DNA of 64,000 nt from NCBI RefSeq assembly GCF_009914755.1, contig NC_060931.1, one strand, 5' to 3'. Numbering within the stretch: the first letter of the stretch is position 1; every line of letters begins with the position of its first letter. The position numbers were made by a program, and so were the translations under genes. This stretch comes from the human T2T-CHM13v2.0 reference genome, Homo sapiens. The notes beneath the pieces are model-generated. The model worked only from the letters and a program-made list of their open reading frames with translations. It ran no database searches and had not been told where the DNA came from. Shown piece after piece: positions 23,901-34,850 of this stretch.

Positions 23901-26900
23901 TCTACCCTTATCTCTTTCTCTACCTGCTTTTTAAGGCCAGTAACTCTTAGATTTGCTCTTTTGATGCTATTTTCTAGATCCTGTAGGTGTGCTTTATTGT
24001 TTTTTACTTTTTGTTCTTTGTCTCCTCTGACTGTGTATTTTCAAATAGTCTGTTTTCAAGCTCACTAATTATTTCAATTCCACTATTAAAAGACTCTGAT
24101 GCAATCTTCAGGATACCTGTTACATTTTTCGGCTTCAGAATTTCTGCTTGATTCTGTTTAATTCTTCTAATCTCTGCTACATTTTTTTGATAGAATTCTA
24201 AATTCTTTCTTGGTGTTCTCCTAAATTTCTTGAAGTTTCCGGAAAACAGCCATTTTAAATTCTCTGTCTGAAATGTTGCATATCTCTGTTTCTCCGGGAT
24301 TGGTTCCTTGTGCCTTATTTAGTTCATTTGGTGATATCATGTTTTCTTGGATGGTGTTGATGCTAGTAGATGTTCTGTGGTGTCTGGGCATTGAAGTGTT
24401 AGGTATTTATAGTAGTCTTTACTCTCTGAGCTTATTTATAGTCATTCTTCTTTAGCAGAGTTTCCAGATATTTGAAAGGACTTACATGTTGTTATCTAAG
24501 CTCTATCTGCTTTAAGGGGAACCCCAAGCCCAGTAAAACTGTGGTTCTTGTAGACTCATAGAAGGACCATCTTGATGGTCTTAGACACGATCTGGGAGAA
24601 TTATCTGGATTACCAGGCAGAGACTGTGGTTCTTTCCTGTTTCTTTCTCCCAGACATACAGAGTCTCTCACTCTGTTCTTAGCCACCTAAAACTGCGGGT
24701 GGAGTGACATAAGCACCCTCAGGGCCACTCTTGATAATACTTTGCTGGGTCAGACCTGAAGCCAGCACAATTCTGTGTCTTGCCCAAGGCCCACTGTAAC
24801 CCCTCCCTGGCTATTGCTTATGTTCACTCAAGGCCCTGTGGCTCTGCAATTAGGGAGCAAAGCCAGCCAGACCTGGGCCTTCCCTTCCGAACAGTATGGT
24901 CCCTAGACACTGGGTGGGCCTAGGGGTGCTGTCCGATAGTCAGGGACTAGGGTCAAAAACCTTAGAAGTCTACCTGATGTTCTATTGTATGCCAGCTGAG
25001 CTGGCACTCAAGTCACAAGACGCTGACCTTCCTAATCTTCCCTTCCCTTTTATTTTTTTTTATGTATCCGATATATTTTATTTTATTTTTATTATACTTT
25101 AAGTTTTAGGGTACATGTGCACAACATGCAGGTTAGTTACATATGTATACATGTGCCATGTTGGTGTGCTGCACCCATTAACTCGTCATTTAACATTAGG
25201 TATATCTCCTAATGCTATCCCTCCCCCTCCCCTATCCCACAACAGGCCCCGGTGTGTGATGTTCCCCTTCCTGTGTCCATGTGTTCTCATTGTTCAATTC
25301 CCACCTATGAGTGAGAACATGTGGTGTTTGGTTTTTTGTCCTTGCGACAGTTTGCTGAGAATGATGGTTTCCAGCTTCATCCATGTCCCTACAAAGGACA
25401 TGAACTCATCATTTTTTATGGCTGCATAGTATTCCATGGTGTATTTGCCAAATGTTCTTGATCCAGTCTATCATTGTTGGACATTTGGGTTGGTTCCAAG
25501 TCTTTGCTATTGTGAATACTGCTGCAATAAACATACGTGTGCATGTGTCTTCATAGCAGCATGATTTGTAATCCTTTGGGTATATACCCAGTAATGGGAT
25601 GGCTGGGTCAAATGGTATTTCTAGTTCTAGATCCCTGAGGAATCGCCACACTGACTTCCACAATGGATGAACTAGTTTACAGTCCCACCAACAGTGTAAA
25701 AGTGTTCTATTTCTCCACCTCCTCTCCAGTACCTGTTGTTTCCTGACTTTTAAATGATCGCCATTCTAACTGGTGTGAGATGGTATCTCATTGTGGTTTT
25801 GATTTGCATTTCTCTGATGGCCAGTGATGATGAGCATTTTTTCATGTGTCTGTTGGCTGCATAAATGTCTTCTTTTGAGAAGTGTCTGTTCATATCCTTT
25901 GCCCACTTTTTGATGGGGTTGTTTTTTTCTTGTAAATTTATTGGAGTTCATTGTAGATTCTGGATATTAGCCCTTTGTCAGATGAGCAGACTGCAAAAAT
26001 TTTCTCCGATTCTGTAGGTTGCCTGTTCACTCTGATGGTAGTTTCTTTTGCTGTGCAGAAGCTCTTTAGTTTAATTAGATCCCATTTGTCAATTTTGGCT
26101 TTTGCTGCCATTGCTTTTGGTGTTTTAGACATGAAGTCCTTGCCCATGCCTATGTCCTGAATGGTATTGCCTAGGTTTTCTTCTAGGGTTTTTATGGTTT
26201 TAGGTCTAACATTTAAGTCTTTAATCCATCTTGAATTAATTTTTGTATAAGGTGTAAGGAAGGGATCCAGTTTCAGCTTTCTACATACGGCTAGCCAGTT
26301 TCCCCAGCACCATTTCACTTTGCAGCCACCACCACCCCAGTACAGAGAGTACTGCCAGATTACCACAGACGTTTCCTTAATGCCCAAGGTCCTTAAGTCA
26401 GCTGGTCATTGAATGCTGCCTGACCTGGGACTCACCCTGGGCAGTGGACTCCCCTCTAGCTCAGAACAGGTCCAGAACTGCCATTCAAGAGTCAAGTCCT
26501 AAAATTGGGGCCCCCTAAAGCCCACTTGGTTCTCTATCTCCCTGTGGCTATGTTGACACCTAAGGTGCAAGACTAAGTCCCCTTTAATTTTCCCTCTGTT
26601 TCTCTCAAGCAAAAGGAGTTTTGCCCCATAGTTACCACAGCTGGTAATGTACTGAGTCTCATCTGAAGCCAGCATGTCTCAGAAGCTTATCCAAGGTTCT
26701 CAATGTAGCACTTGAGTATTGCTGCTGGTTACTCAGGGCCCAAGGGCTCTTCTGCCAGCAGGTGATGAATGCTGCCAGGACTGAGTCCTTTCCTTCAAGA
26801 CAATAGGTGACTTTCTGGCCCAGGTGTGTCTAGAAATGTTGTCTGGGAGCTAGGGCCTGAAGTGTGGGCCTCAAAGTTCTGACATGTTCCCTATTCTGCT

Positions 26901-27680
26901 GTGGTTGAGCTAGTATCGAAGATGCTAGACAAGGTCCTTCCCACTCTTCCCTCTCCTGTCCTCAAGCAGAAGGGTCTCTTTTGGAGCCTTGATCTATGTA
27001 AACTGGAGTTAGGGAAGGGGTGGTACCAGCACTCCCTTGGCTTCCCCAGCTGGTGTTTCAGTTATGTCACGCACCCCCTCAGTCCACTGTTTCTGGGCCT
27101 AGTTCAGCTCAAGGACTGACCTAGGAGTTGCAGTCTTTATGGACTAGACTGGTTTTCAAGTTTACTTGGAGACACAGAGTGCTGTAACTATCGGTGATGG
27201 GGTTTGCAGGCACTCAAGTTTGGAATACTGCGACCAGGGATTCCCCGCTGGCTAGGGCTGGATTCAGTGCTCCCCCAGTGGGCAGGTGTTAGCTGGGTTT
27301 GGTCTGGTTTTCCCTTCTGCTGTAACAGGACAGGATCTGCTCTAACAGGACAGGACAGGATTGAGTTCAATGCCTCACAATTGCTGTGTTATATTTCTCC
27401 TAGTATCCAGGGAAACTCTCCACACCACACCACTGCTGCTACCAAGGGTGAGGGAGGGGTGGCCTCAGAGATTTAGGACTGCTTTTTCCACCTCTTCAGT
27501 TCCTCTTTCGGTGATACGCAGTTAAAACCAGGTACTATGAGTGCTCACCTGATTTTTGGTTCTTATGAAGGTGGTTTTCTTTATTTTTATTTTTTTCTGT
27601 GTAGATACTTGTTAACTGGATGTTCTTGTGAAGGGCATGATAAATGGAGCTTTCTATTATCCCATCTTGCTCCACCTCTA
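20938..27680 (-). mobile_element. L1MA1-3/L1PB-like element with intact 5' end, missing its 3' end, internal ORF2 deletion near 21960, interrupted by a younger L1PA
   Basis: ORF2 remnants (ORFs 20941-21306 [11 protein letters not shown]...; 22259-22486 ...IDIYRTFYPRAAEYTFFSS; 22511-22717 ...KEGHYKMIKGPIQLEDITILN, endonuclease domain); GC-richer 5' UTR 24700-27680 ending ccatcttgctccacctct. Confidence 0.88.
25048..26315 (-). mobile_element. L1PA3-5-like, 5'-truncated (~1.25 kb)
   Basis: ttattatactttaagttttagggtacatgtgcacaac 3' end; ORFs 25409-25663 and 25938-26387 are well-conserved ORF2 C-terminal sequence ([37 protein letters not shown]). Confidence 0.96.
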
Positions 27681-27687
27681 TCCCTAC

Positions 27688-27775
27688 ATCATTTTTTATA
27701 AGAGACTTGCTTATCCATGGATTTTGGTATCCACAGGGGTTCTGGAACCAATCCCCAGTATACAGGGGTGACTGT
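27688..27775. mobile_element. MER2/Tigger-family terminal fragment
   Basis: tccatggattttggtatccacaggggttctggaaccaatcccc...gactgta (TIR end + TA). Confidence 0.75.
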
Positions 27776-28092
27776 ATGCAAATCATAGGAAATGACAAAG
27801 CCAATCAAAGATGATTTCTCTCCACTGAGAGAGGTGTGCTTGGTACTTTTTTCAAACATATTATGCTAGTTATTATTACCACATGTGCACAATCCTAATG
27901 ACAAATACTTTAATATCATGGTTATCATAATAGCATTTTACTAAAAGCATGTGCATTATTAACTTGTACACAGATATACTTCCATTTTCATTCTTTCTAA
28001 GCGTTGGTGGTAAGTGAATCAGTTATTTTGAAAAAAAAAAAAAGTGTATGTCCATGTTTTGTTTCTTGTTTTGTTTTGTTTTGTTGCATGAA

Positions 28093-28333
28093 CAGATGAC
28101 CAAAGTAGACAACACGGGTTTGAACTTCAAGGGTCCAATTATGCATGAATTTTTTTCTAACCAAAGAGGGATTGAAAATATACTGTTCATGGGATGCAAA
28201 CCCCACATAGGCAGAGGGGCAAATTTTCACTTAAGTGGCTCCATAGGGTCACCTGTGGGACTTGAGTGTGTGTGGAATTTAGTCTACACAGAGGTTCTGG
28301 AGTCAATTCCATGGGCATACTAAGGGATAGCTG
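28093..28333. mobile_element. MER8-like non-autonomous Tigger DNA transposon
   Basis: cagatgacc...caacacgggtttgaact ... ggttctggagtcaattcc...taagggatagctg(ta). Confidence 0.8.
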
Positions 28334-29640
28334 TATTTAAAAGACTGAACTTCATAACTGGATTAAAGACACTGTCCAAAACACAGAAACATTATATAAA
28401 AACAAATACTTTTTTTTAAGAGTAGTTACAGTTTCTCCGATTTCACAAAACCTTAGTATAGAGGATTTTAAGTACATTTAGAAAAATTGTCCTGATTTTA
28501 CTTCCAGAAGTTTTTTCTTTCTCATTTACAAATGAAGAAGCTAGCAAGCTAATAATTTACCTGCTATGATCTCCAAAGAAGTCACAATTTAAGGATGCAC
28601 ATTAAATAAAGTTATCTCAATTCTCCAACCTGAAGGGACCAAGTAAGGAAAAATATACAGGTACCATCTCATATGTGGTCTGCTGCTGGAGGAAGTAATG
28701 TAATATACGAATTTTGGTGACATCCAAGGAATATGTGGCCACACCTGACTTTCAAACTACATGTCATTTTGAGCATCACTGATCTCCTAATAAGCCCTTT
28801 ATTACCATGCCACAAATTGGGATTAAAAGGCAGTCATAATCACAGAATATTAATGGAGTTATACCTCACCCCAATCATATTGCAAACCTCATTGTTTTAT
28901 TAGGAAAATGACTAAACAACATAGGTCTATATGATGGAATGTAGTAGTTTTTCTAATTGGTAAAGTGTACTCTGCCAAGGATTTCTAATTCTGCCAATGA
29001 AGAATGATATCCTGGCACATGTGTTAAAAAATCAGAGTTGAAAAATCCTTAACCTTAATGTCCCAAAACTGTTTCTGTGATTTTTATATTAGAAACACGG
29101 ATTTATTATTACAATAAAATGCCAATTACTAGAAAGTTTGCTTTCTGTATTTTTTTTAAAAAAGAACAAAAAAGAAAATTCAACTAATTACTCAAAGAGA
29201 AAGCAAAATAAGGAATTTCTATTATGTTACTACCTAAAATTATTTCAAATTTATTGTTTTTTTAAATAATGAATTCCAGTAGAATTTATACTTGTTTGAA
29301 GACAGGGCAATCAGTTCATCTTCCACCAAAGTACATGCTGATATCTTAAAACTTCAGGTTGGCTTTTTTCCAATATAACATACATCATGCTGTTAAACCA
29401 GTCACAGGGTAGGGCATTTATTTATGTCCAATTGATTTTTCACTTTAGAGTGGCCAGCTGAAATCTTATCTACATTTAAATATGAACATTTAAAGTCCTC
29501 TGACCTGTAAAATTTTAAATGATGTCAGATGAATACTGGGAAAAGTATTTTCCATATATGCTAGCACAGCATTTTGTTATTTTTTATTGTGTAGCTTAAC
29601 ATATTAAATTTCATTTATCTCCTTTTCCTATCCTTTAGAC

Positions 29641-29862
29641 CAGGGGTGTCTAATCTTTTGGTTTCCCTGGGCCACATTGGAAGATGAAGAATTGTTGGGG
29701 ACCACACATAAAATGCACTAACACCAACGACAGCTGATGTGCTTTAAAAAATCGCAAAAAATGCTCATACTGTTTTAAGAAGGTTTATGAATTTGTGTTG
29801 GGCAGCATTCAAAGCTGTCCCGAGCAACAGGCAGCCCGTGGGCCATGGGTTAGACAAGCTTG
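29641..29862. mobile_element. MER30 (hAT-Charlie) DNA transposon
   Basis: caggggtgtctaatcttttgg ... gggttagacaagcttg; perfect 8-bp TSD ctttagac (29633-29640 / 29863-29870). Confidence 0.92.
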
Positions 29863-31761
29863 CTTTAGACTCTGTTGTTCAGGAGCAGGTAAAACCTTTT
29901 ATTCATCATGTTATCCCTACTCCAGAGGTTGGCATAACTAGGTACTTAGTTTATGATTAAAGAGGAAACATTTTAAAAATTCTAAATTTTATTAAATTAT
30001 TTTTCTCTCCAGTCACCCCTTACACTTGTAAAACACTCGCTACGTACTATAAAAATCACTTTGCCTCCTTTAAGTCCACAAAATACTCACATTTGGATTA
30101 AATCTATATAATATAAGGAGTTTTTAAGGTTCAATACTTATCTGCTTTTAACTTTATGCTTCATTGTGAAGATCAGTATCATTCTAAGTTCATCATATTC
30201 ATCATACCTCTTTTTAATGACTTCTGTTACGTATTCCAAATGCTTCTGTTTTTCAGTCACATTTTGCTAAAAAAAAAAAAAAATTACCTTAGACATTAGT
30301 CACTATTTTACCAGTATTTCTCATTCAGGAAATGTCAAAGATACCAATGCAAAGTAGAAAGCATATTCACCAATAAAAATTTCACTTCTCTTACTTTCTC
30401 CACCCAATAACACCTTTTCTTCTACCTTTCCGAGATCACAGCTGCTACAACTAGATTCCATGCTACAGGGATTCTGAAAGAGGTCACTGATCCTCTTTCC
30501 ACCTGGACTCCCAATCTTGTTGACTTAAATCTATATTACCTGATACCCCCATATTTTTCTTAGTAGTCTTGTTATTTATCTGCTCCCTTTTATTTGACTG
30601 ATATTTTAATGCATGTAGGTCTTTCTTGACTGCTTTGCCTTTAGAATATTTCAGACTTTTTCTAAATAGAACTGCCTCATTGTCATCAATGTAAAATCTA
30701 GCACTTGAGGAGATATAAGCATGATATCATCTGTCTGAATATACGCTCAACATACCACAATAGTAAATCATAGAGACTAAGATTTTTTATTTTTTTGGTT
30801 GAAAGTAATACTATCACTATACTTGTCTATGTGAAACTTCTGTGTGGATTTTCAGTTTTCCACATCAGAGCTTTATATAGAATTTTCTTATTATAGAAGA
30901 TAAAAGCCACGAGGATTCTTATATTTTTATCTTTTGAATGATTTTTATATAGTAAATCCTTCGTGACACTGAAGAGGATAAAAGTAGTACCATTTTGACT
31001 GAAGTGAGATAGACAGGGGTCCCTGAAGCCTACATTGCATTCTCATATTGGCCCTCCTTGTTTGTCCATTGGTCACTATCTTGTTTAGTTTGAATAAAAC
31101 TAGTGTCTTTGGATATTTACATTTGAAGAAAACCGAGGTCCAGTGATACGCAAATAAGTTACAGAGCTGGAATTGAAAATGTTTCCTGATATGCAGTCTA
31201 ACATACAATCTATGGATGTTCATGTAAACAGGTATTAATTTTTAAGTTAGTATCATTGGTCTGAATCTCCTTATGAGTATCATTCTTCCTTGTTCTGTCA
31301 AGTAACAACATTGTTACCATAATACTAGAAAAAGCAATCATTTAGTGTCAAGTTTGAATTGTCTACTGTAATATCATAAAAATATTATGCATCTAAACCA
31401 TCAGATATAATTCTGATGAAATACATTAACTTACATTTGTTTAGTAATCCTCATTTAAAAACAAAACCAAACCTTTATGTTTATTACCTTTTCTCTCCTC
31501 ACAATAATTCTGAGAGTCAGTTTCTATTACGCCTATTTTAAAGATTGTAGGAGGCAATCATAATTTCATACATTTTGTACGTTGCAATGTTTAGACTCAA
31601 ATTCAGGAAAGAAGCAATCTCATTGCTCTCACCAGTATACGTATTATACCAAAGTCAATTCTCGTTTTCAGGTAAGTGCAAACATTCACTCATACACAGA
31701 GCAGTGGAATTTCCCAGAAGCTTTTCCTCCATCGCACTGAGTTCAGGAATGTAGTTCCACT

Positions 31762-31890
31762 TATGTAAGATGAGTAAGCTCTAGAGATCTCCTGTGTAAT
31801 AGTGTGCCTATAGTTAATGATATTGTATTATACACTTAAAATTTTAAAGGGATAAATCGTCGTTTCCTTACCACAATAAATAAAAATTAG
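31762..31890 (+). mobile_element. Old L1M 3'-end fragment
   Basis: atgagtaagctctagagatctcctgtgtaatagtgtgcctatagttaatgatattgtattatacacttaaa. Confidence 0.7.
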
Positions 31891-33203
31891 AGGAAAAAGG
31901 AATGTCAATTGCTTATCTTAATACTTTATATCCACTGGAGAATAAGTTACAAATAAAGATTTTGATCTTAAAAAGTAAAATGAATTTTAATTACACTCAC
32001 ATGTGCACGCACACACACACACAGACACACACGTGCTATCTCCTCATGTCTAAGAGTAATCTTACATTGTTATAAATATCTGCGGACTTTTTAAACTTGT
32101 TTTCTTTAAGCTTATTTCTGTTCTGAGAATAAGCAATAAAGTGAATAAAAGCTTGGCAGGAGAAAAAAAATAAACCACCTATGTTGACGTTATATATAGT
32201 CCTTTAGTCTTAATTCTGGCCATTTAGACAAGTTTTATGGGATCAGAAGCATGTGTAGTTTCTCTTAATATACTTGTCATCCTCGCATAATTTTAATAAC
32301 CAAAAATATAAATGCTATAGAGAAATGAAATTGATAGCCTTTTTGTTATTCTAGCACTGAATAACAGTCTAGCTTTAAATGTCATTATTAAAGTGTGATT
32401 TTAGAGATGATCTTTCCTGTGTCTGACAAAATTAGCCAGAAGTAGAGTGACTGGGACAATTTACATAGACAAGCTTCTTATGAAGCAAATTAGCATAGAA
32501 AGTTGAAGAATGAAATATATTCCATTTATGATGTGACACTTGTCAAAATTCATTTTTATTAAAGCTGGGTAAGTGGATATTATTTAATCTAATTAAGTAG
32601 CTACAAACTATAGGGAAAATTAGAATTTTTGAATTAAAATAGAGCAAAGGTGGTTGGAGGAAAGATAGCATGACTCAGAAACTGTTCATTCTTCAAGTAG
32701 ATTGAGAAATAAAGCCGTTGATATGTATAACCATCCTTTGGGCTAAACTAAATGTGCACAGGGCATCTTCCCTCAGGGGTAAGGGGATACCATAACATGG
32801 TTCTCAAGACCTCTGGGAAGATCTGAGAGCTTCCATATTGTCCCTCAAATATCTGACCCAAGATATTCATACTTCAAATACCTTGCATAATGAAAATGCC
32901 CTTCTGACAGTCTTCTAAGCCATAATCAGTCAAGAAATATTTAGTGTGTGTGAACTGATATTACAACAGACTTTAAAGAGTAGAAAAAAAGAATTGAATT
33001 TGATAGTTGGGATTAAGGGAATATTGATAGCATCAAAAGTCACTATGCACTACATGTTCTACATTTGGCCTAAAATTGATGCTGGTCAGTATAACTGAAA
33101 TCCTCACTTAGATTAATAAATTCATAATTTATATAACTATCCATTAGAAGATACATACGATGCATATCTATAAAAGCTGTCAGATGTAAACATTTCAGAT
33201 GTG

Positions 33204-33224
33204 TACACACACACACACACACAC
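33204..33224. repeat. (CA)n microsatellite
   Basis: acacacacacacacacacac. Confidence 0.9.
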
Positions 33225-33529
33225 GCTTTGGTTTTCTATATTAAATTCACACTCCTGTTTTCTCAAGCAACCCCTCTATTTGTCTCTGCTCTTTAAAGCA
33301 CCTCTGACTTGTCTTGCTTAAGCTAATGTGATTTACAATTAGCATTATTATAATTATTTGGCTTTATTTCTATCAAAAGTTTTCTTGACAAATTCATTTC
33401 TCACTTTGATTCAATATTAAAACATGGTCTTCTGTGGCAAAAAGTCCTTACCAGCAAACACTCTTTTCACACCAAAAAAGTGAGACTAAGATAATTGGCA
33501 AAATGCAAGAAGGTTGAAGATATGTACGT

Positions 33530-34850
33530 TCTTACTGGATCTTTGATCTTTAATTCTTTCACTTTTTGAGTTCTTTATCTATTAGCAATAAAATCTCCTT
33601 GTTTATTGTATATTTTGAATGTTTTGTCCTAGTTTGTCAATTACCTTTTGACTTTACTTATTTGTGTCATGCAAATGTTTTAATATTTATGTAGCCACAG
33701 TAAATCACATATTGTCTGGATTTTTAGTCATATTACAAAGACTTGTACTGCTTCACATTTAAAGAGGAATTTGCCCATCTATTATTCTAGTCTTCTATGG
33801 TTTAAATTTTTTTTGCATTTAGAGGCTTAATCCATCTGGAGTTTATGTATGGTGTGAGACATTTTATCTAAAGGCAGTCAGATGTTATGGTACCACTTAT
33901 TTAAAAGCTCATCTTTCTCCAGTGATTTCAAATGTTTGTTGTGTCAATTACTCAAATTTCATAGATAGATAGATAGATAGGTGATAGACATATATGTATC
34001 CATGTGCCAGTAGTACACTGTTTTCATTACAGCAAATATTTATACTGTGTTTTGGTATTAGTAGAGCTTTTGATCCTAGGGCGGCTGTAACAAAGTACCA
34101 CCAACTGGGGAGCTTAAAACAATAGAAATTTATTCTCTCACAATAATGTAAGCTAGAAGTCCTAAATCAAAGTGTTGGAGGGACCATGCTATCTTTGAGG
34201 GTATTAGAGAAGAAACTGTTCCATGCCCTTCTCTTAGCTTCTGGTGAAGCTACACATCCATGGCACTCTTTAGCTTGTAGACATACTACTACTATCTCTG
34301 CCTCCATCAACACATAGTATTCTCCCTGTGAGTCTATCTCTGTATCTTTTCTTTTAATGACACCAGTCATATTAGATTAAGGGTTCAACCTATTCCATTA
34401 TGATTTAATTATATGTGCAATAACCTTATTTCCAAATGTCATACATGGATGTTCCAAAGGGTTACGATTTCATATATATTAATGAGAGACAAAATTAAAC
34501 CCGTAATACCACCAACACATCATAGTTTTATGTTTTGTCTGTTTATTTTCCCCAGTATTTACCTGGCTATTATTGATTTGAATGTTTGGTTTTCCTTATA
34601 AACTCCAGAATCATCATCTTCAACTCCAAAAACAGCTGGTTGGAATTTTTATTGGAGTTAGGTTGTATTTATAAATTAATTTAGAGACACCTAATATCTT
34701 TATTCTAAAATCTTATCCAAGAACAGTGTTTATTCCATTTGTTCAAATCCGTTATTATTTTTTAACATTTTAACAGTATTTTAAATATTTTTTCACCTAG
34801 GTTTTATACATTGTTATCAAATGTGGAAAGGGGCAGGATTTGATGTGTGA
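33530..34850 (-). mobile_element. Old L1ME-like fragment, interrupted by MLT1C
   Basis: ttaatccatctggagttt...ggtgtgag; gtgccagtagtacactgtttt; gaattttt attggagtt...ccatttgttcaaatc. Confidence 0.6.
34068..34509 (-). mobile_element. MaLR solo LTR, MLT1C-like
   Basis: cctagggcggctgtaacaaagtaccaccaactggggagcttaaaacaatagaaatttattctctcaca...gacaccagtcatattagattaaggg. Confidence 0.85.

Noticed and set aside
25938-26387. 149-aa ORF with strong L1 ORF2 identity
   Set aside because: It is part of a 5'-truncated L1PA; the N-terminus is read from flanking host sequence and it cannot encode functional ORF2p
24700-27680. GC-richer block with recurring motifs as a possible gene promoter/CpG island
   Set aside because: It is the repetitive 5' UTR of the old L1, and it is CpG-depleted
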